Shown: piece by piece, positions 59,051-64,000 of the stretch
How positions within the stretch are numbered: position 1 is the stretch's first letter
How the letters are laid out: the number at the start of each line of letters is the position of its first letter
From: Felis catus
Taxonomy: Eukaryota
Assembly (NCBI RefSeq): GCF_018350175.1
Contig: NC_058369.1
Location: 14,448,001 to 14,512,000, forward strand
Reading direction: 5' to 3'
Length of the DNA: 64,000 nucleotides
Position numbers and translations under genes: made by a program
Notes under the pieces: generated by a model
Told to the model about the DNA's origin: nothing
Database searches by the model: none
What the model saw: only the letters and a program-made list of their open reading frames with translations

Positions 59051-61739
59051 TAAAGTTTTGATGATCTTTGTGGACTTGCCAGGGCAGCTGCTGGGGGGTG
59101 AGTGTGGAAACTCTAGATAGGAGTTGAAATATTTTGAGGGACAACATTAATCATACTAGTCAAAGTGAGAACTAGTTACTTCTGAGAGCCTGCCTAGTGC
59201 CAGGGCCTGTCATTTGATCCTCAGCATGGTCTGCCCAAGGGTCAGGTGGGCTCCTGCAGCTAGTCATGATTCATCAGGAGGATGTGCTATAACATTCAGG
59301 ATGGTTTTGGTGGTGTGAAAGGGAGGGATTCCTGGAGTGCCCAGGGTAAAGGGGTATGTTGGAGCCAAGCCTTGGAGAGGAAGGAGATCTGTTGGAAGGA
59401 CTGTGCTGGCTGTTTTAGGATAGGTTAGGAAAGGAGAAGGGGAGTACAAGATGTGGGTGCGTAGATGCTGGGGTAACTCATACTTCTCAGCAGTGGCAGA
59501 GGAGGCCTTCCCAGATATAAGGCCGTAGAGGCCTCTGGAACCTCTGAGTGCCTTTCTTCAGGCTCTTTGCCTTTCTCCAAATAGTAGTGTAAGGGAGGTG
59601 GGGAGAGCTTCCCAGAGGGGAAGTGTGGTACTGTGGCCTTGCCTATCTCCATGTTGCTTCTTCCTGGTGTTGACTTGCTATTCTAATTAAGGGTAGGGTT
59701 TATATTTATGTTGCTATGTTTTTGCCTCTAGTCTATGATGTTTTGAGTATTTATAACTCATGGAGGATGCTATTTCCTCCTGTGTGCTTCATTAGGAATT
59801 GGATAAAGAGGTGAATAAGAGTCTTTCTCAAGAGTGTTTGGGGAAGAGAACCTAATGGGATGCTGTATGTCAAATGTCAAGATCAGCTGTGCCAAGTGGT
59901 GGGGCTGTAGTCCTCAGTAATAGAAGGGGGAATGGGGAGGGACTGATTAGGGAGAGCATGCTTGAGTAACAGGTGCTTGAGTTTTGAAGGATGAGTGGGA
60001 GGAGGGAAGGGGTTTCCCAGTGGTGGGAACACTATGTGTAAAGGCCCAGTGGTGGAGGCAAGATGTGGTGGTATGAAGAATTGAGACAAGGCCAGTGTGG
60101 TCAGAGCCAAGAATGTGGTGTGTGTGTGTACACATATATACATGCATGCCAGATGACTTCATAGAGTCACTTCGGCCTAAAGCAGGAAGGGCCTCAAAGG
60201 TCACGGTAAGATGTTACAAGCATTGGGGGGTATTGAGGGCCTTAGGAAAGGCTGCACTGTGCACTGGCACAGTGTGAGGAGTTGGATGACCCATCACCCC
60301 TCAGTGAGGCCATGGTTACCGTGGCCAAGGGAAGGAGGGCAGGGATAGATCAGGGGCTTGGAGGGCACAAACTGGCTGTTACCCCAGTGGATGCCTTCTC
60401 CCCTTGACAGCGGAGAGAGGCCAGTTCTGGTTGCCAAGGATGGGCCTGTGTAGCTGGCCTTACCGTTGGCTCCTTGGCCCTCATGGGGCTGGTTCTTTGC
60501 CTCTCTAGTATGCCAAGTCATTCTCCCCGCCCCCGCCCCTAGTCCATGGGGACATAGGGTTAATGAGGCTCCATGCTTTGGAGAGAGTAGGTACTGCTTT
60601 GTACCCTGGGGCTGATACAGAGCTGGAGCATCTCCTTGGTGTGCCTGTGCCCTGACTTTTTGTCGTGGTTGTGCCACTGTGTCTGGGTCACCTCTGTCCC
60701 TTTGATACTCAGCACAGCCTGCCAGGGCTGCAGTTTCCTCCTGCTTTCAAGAACCAGGTAGTCCATGTTTTCAGCCTCTGGGGCTGTACTGTCTCTGTTT
60801 CTATTACTCAGTTCTGCCTTATGGGTGGAAGCAGCTGTACACAGTGCATATTCCGGTGGGTGTGGCTGTGTTCCAGGAATACCGTTCACCAGGACAACTT
60901 AGGGAAGTTTGCCGACCCTGGATTAGAAAATGGAATCTTCGGCCCAAGTTAATCATTCTCCAGCCAGCCAGCACATGGAACCAGCCAGCACATGGTGTGA
61001 CCTCTAGGCTTCCTTGAGATGCTTTACTACTGTGCTGCCTCAGTTTCTCCCTTTCTGATAGGGCTGGCCAGGGAGTCCCCTCCTTGACAATTTGGTGGTG
61101 CAGTCACTAAGACCTTTGCCAGACAGGGTCTAGGTAATTCTTCAGGGGCACTCAGTTTTCATGGAGCTAGTAGACTTAGTGGACTTAGAGGTGGGAGAAG
61201 GTGAGGGATATTGTTGGGTTCCTTCTTGGAGTTTTTTGGCCTTATGTCATGTTTCCAGGACTGGATTAGAGCCAGGGTGGTAAATGTTTAGTTATAGACA
61301 CAGTTGAAAAATTTTTACACAGCACAGTTGTTTGGTGAGTGCAGATGGTGGTAGAAGGAGACCAGAGGTGTGCAGCTTCTATAGAGCAGGGCCTCAGAAG
61401 GGATGATGGGGCCCTCCAGGGGTGCCTTGGAGAGCTTAGGCTTCCCCGTCAGATGCCTATGGCCCCAGAGACTCATCCCTGTGCTGACCATGGGTGCTGC
61501 AACCCGAGTGTATCCTCAGAACTGGAGTTCCCCAGATAGCAGCCAGGTTTTGCCCAGTGCTCCTCCCCTCAAGTTTAAAGGGAGCCAATCTCACTTGTCT
61601 AAGCTAGAGAGGATGAAATGGCAACAAAGGACTTCTGTTGCCCAAAGTGCAGTGACTTGATTTCATGTAAATTACTATGACTGCCTTCTTACCAAGTATG
61701 ATCTCCTTTAGACTAGGAAATCATTGTGTTTGGGTGGGT

Positions 61740-61743
<4 letters not shown>

Positions 61744-61814
<71 letters not shown>

Positions 61815-61845
61815 CGCGCGCGCGCATGCACGCACGCACACGCGC
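61744..61845. repeat. (GT)34 microsatellite fused to a (CG)n/(CA) alternating tract
   Basis: Directly visible; purine-pyrimidine alternation is unbroken for 102 nt. Confidence 0.93.
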
Positions 61846-62214
61846 CACAGTACCCAGGTGTGGGGTCAAAGCCAAGCCATAATCATTTATCAAGGGAGTG
61901 GAAGAGTCTCTTATGAGTTGGTAATTGTGTACTTAAGGGTTACTTGATACTATTTTAAATGTATGGGTTGGAAATAAAAACAGTAAAAGCTCTCTAAATC
62001 CAGCCAGTGCGGGTAGATGGCAAAATAGTCCACATGATATATCAGTAAAAAGCAACTACAGTTTATTTTAGAGAAATGTCCCTAGTTCTGATGGTGCTAA
62101 GTGATCTCTGCTTGGTTTCAGCTCCTTTGTGAATTTTGCACTAATTGTATGGAGGGGCTGCTGCTGTGTGGGCTTCTCAGATAGGTTCCTTCTCCTTCAG
62201 TGTTAAATCATCCC

Positions 62215-62520
62215 AGCTCATTCATTCCATAAATATTTATCAAGCACTGGTGTGTGTCCGACACTGTTCTAGGTGTTTGAAATACAATCACATCAGGCAG
62301 ACAAGACACCCCTTTACTTGTGGCATTTATGTTCTTATTGGGTGAGAAAGTCCATACAGTACCACATTATATGGAATATGCAGAGAGGTCAGGCCTGTGG
62401 GAGAGAAGGAGCAGGGTGGACCTCTGCAAAGGAGACATTTTGAGCGGTAACATGGGGGAGGGCATGGAAGGGTCTGCCATCTGGGCATGAGAGTGATTGA
62501 GGCTGAGGGAGCAGGTATAG
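62215..62520 (-). mobile_element. LINE-2 remnant
   Basis: ctcattcattccataaatatttatcaagcactggtgtgtgtccgacactgttctaggtgtt is the antisense L2 3' end. Confidence 0.65.
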
Positions 62521-63216
62521 TATTAAAAACTCGAACAGCTACTGTTGTAAGAGGCCGTATACAGACATTTCTGAGAAATTGTGTGAAGCTGAATATGAAC
62601 TGGACTTTTGCTGACATTTAGGGATTATTGTATGGTAGTTATGTTTTCAAAGATCGTTTTCAATTTGGGATGCCAGTTGGAGAAGTGATTGTTAAAATGA
62701 TAAAGTATCTGGAATTTTGTTTAAAACATAAAAAGGGAGGGAGAGTTCCTGGTGTGTTGGAGGTGTGGCCGGGAAGCCAGCATGGCTAGGGTAGGATAGC
62801 AGGAGGCATGCCTCAGGCCAGGAGACGGTAGGGCTTCACTCTAGGCAAATGCCAAACATGGTGTCCACTGGAGGTGTGAGAAGCTGTTGGACTCCAAATG
62901 TGTTTAATGGCAGAAACAAAAGGATTTCCTGATGGACTGGAAGGTGGGGTAGTCTTATCAAGAGGGCAGCCCAAGGTTTTAATCTGAGCAGCCGAAAGAC
63001 TGGATCTGTCATGAGCTGAGATGGGGAAAAGCCATGTTTGAGTATGAAAGTCTGAGTTTACCTTAAAATTTCTTGCACATTGCATTCCATCCACGCATTG
63101 TGTGTGTTGTGATAACATATTAAGAAGGCCTTCTTCCTTGCTGGGTTAACCCTCCAGGAAAATTTTGTCCAGTGTGTCTTGTGGTCTTGCAGTCTTGGCA
63201 GAGTAGGATACTGGAT

Positions 63217-63570
63217 CTTTGTCAAAAATCAGTTGTACACACGTGCATGGGTGTATTCTATTCCATCTCTTGTCTGTCTTTATCACACTGTCTTGGTTAT
63301 TGTAGTTTTATGATAAATCTTGAAATCAGGTAGGATAAGTCCTGCAAATTTGTTTGCCTTTTTCAGTTTTCACTATTCTAGTTCCTTTGCATTTCCGTAT
63401 ACATTTTAGAATCAGATTGTTTTTTCTACCAAAAAAAGAAACATGTTGGGAGTTTTTGATTGGATCTGCATTGAATCTGTGGATCAGTTTGGGAGATAAT
63501 TGATATCTTCTGATCCATGGACAAGGCATATCTTCCTTTATGTTTTATTTCTCTCAGTGATGTGTTATTG
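63217..63570 (-). mobile_element. Ancient LINE-1 ORF2 fragment (decayed)
   Basis: Minus ORF 63326-63529 (PCPWIRR...PKLIHRFNADPIK...LILKCIRKCKGTRIVK) resembles L1 ORF2p (PCSWIGR...PKAIYRFNAIPIK...ILKFIWNxKRPRIAK). Confidence 0.85.
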
Positions 63571-63600
63571 TGGTTCTACTTGATACGTCTTGAACATATA

Positions 63601-63824
63601 TTTTTTTTTTTAATTTTTTTTCAATGTTTATTTATTTTTGGGACAGAGAGAGACAGAGCATGAACGGGGGAGGGGCAGAGAGAGAGGGAGACACAGAATC
63701 GGAAACAGGCTCCAGGCTCTGAGCCATCAGCCCAGAGCCTGACGCGGGGCTCGAACTCCCAGACCGCGAGATCGTGACCTGGCTGAAGTCGGACGCTTAA
63801 CCGACTGCGCCACCCAGGCGCCCC
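63601..63824 (-). mobile_element. Full-length young felid CanSINE inserted at the tail end of an older SINE
   Basis: TSD GAACATATATTTTTTT starting at 63592 and at 63825. Confidence 0.95.
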
Positions 63825-63833
63825 GAACATATA

Positions 63834-64000
63834 TTTTTTTTAATGCTTATTTTGAGAGAGAGGGAAGGAGGGAGGCAGGGCACGAGTGGGGGAGGGGCAG
63901 AGAGAGAGGGAGACACAGAATCCAAAGCAGGTTCCAGACTGAACTGTCAGTACAGAGCCTGACACAGGGCTTGAACTCACTAATTGTGATACCATGACCT
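63834..64000 (-). mobile_element. CanSINE (cut by the window end)
   Basis: Antisense tail, GA-rich segment and body running off the window. Confidence 0.9.

Noticed and set aside
12706..63830. Recurring ORFs such as GAPGWRSRLSVRLQPGHDLAVREFEP... and AWVAQSVKRPTSAQVMIS... that look like a multicopy protein family
   Set aside because: They are translations of CanSINE copies (tRNA-derived, with poly(A) tails and TSDs), not genes.
38264..64000. Search for GATAD2A coding exons or an intronic miRNA/snoRNA
   Set aside because: No segment translates to the recalled p66alpha N-terminus (MTEEACRTRS...), and I saw no convincing pre-miRNA hairpin or C/D or H/ACA structure. An Infernal/Rfam scan would be decisive.

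Overview
Mammalian genomic DNA, almost certainly from a felid, because it is packed with the cat-type tRNA-derived CanSINE (SINEC_Fc-like). The first ~7.7 kb hold the last five coding exons and the 3' UTR of MAU2 (the Scc4 partner of the NIPBL cohesin loader, + strand). About 15 kb of intergenic DNA follows, then two CpG-island promoters, each ending in a strong splice donor (exon ends at 23339 and 38263). These match the alternative non-coding first exons of GATAD2A (NuRD p66alpha), the known neighbour of MAU2. The rest of the window is GATAD2A intron 1; its coding exons lie beyond the window. Almost all entries in the ORF track are spurious (SINE-derived, GC-rich or chance frames). I found no hidden protein-coding gene, RNA gene, CRISPR array or other novel multi-gene system. 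The most unusual signals are: (i) degenerate CTGAG/CTCAG-core minisatellites and strand-mirrored purine/pyrimidine skew on both sides of the first GATAD2A CpG island; (ii) a 75-codon uORF confined to the second first exon; (iii) a final MAU2 intron whose retention would give an immediate stop codon with no downstream junction; (iv) six very young SINE copies with intact target-site duplications, in two diagnostic sub-lineages; and (v) repeated SINE insertion into the same target sites. Gene names and repeat-family names rest on recalled sequence, not on a database search.
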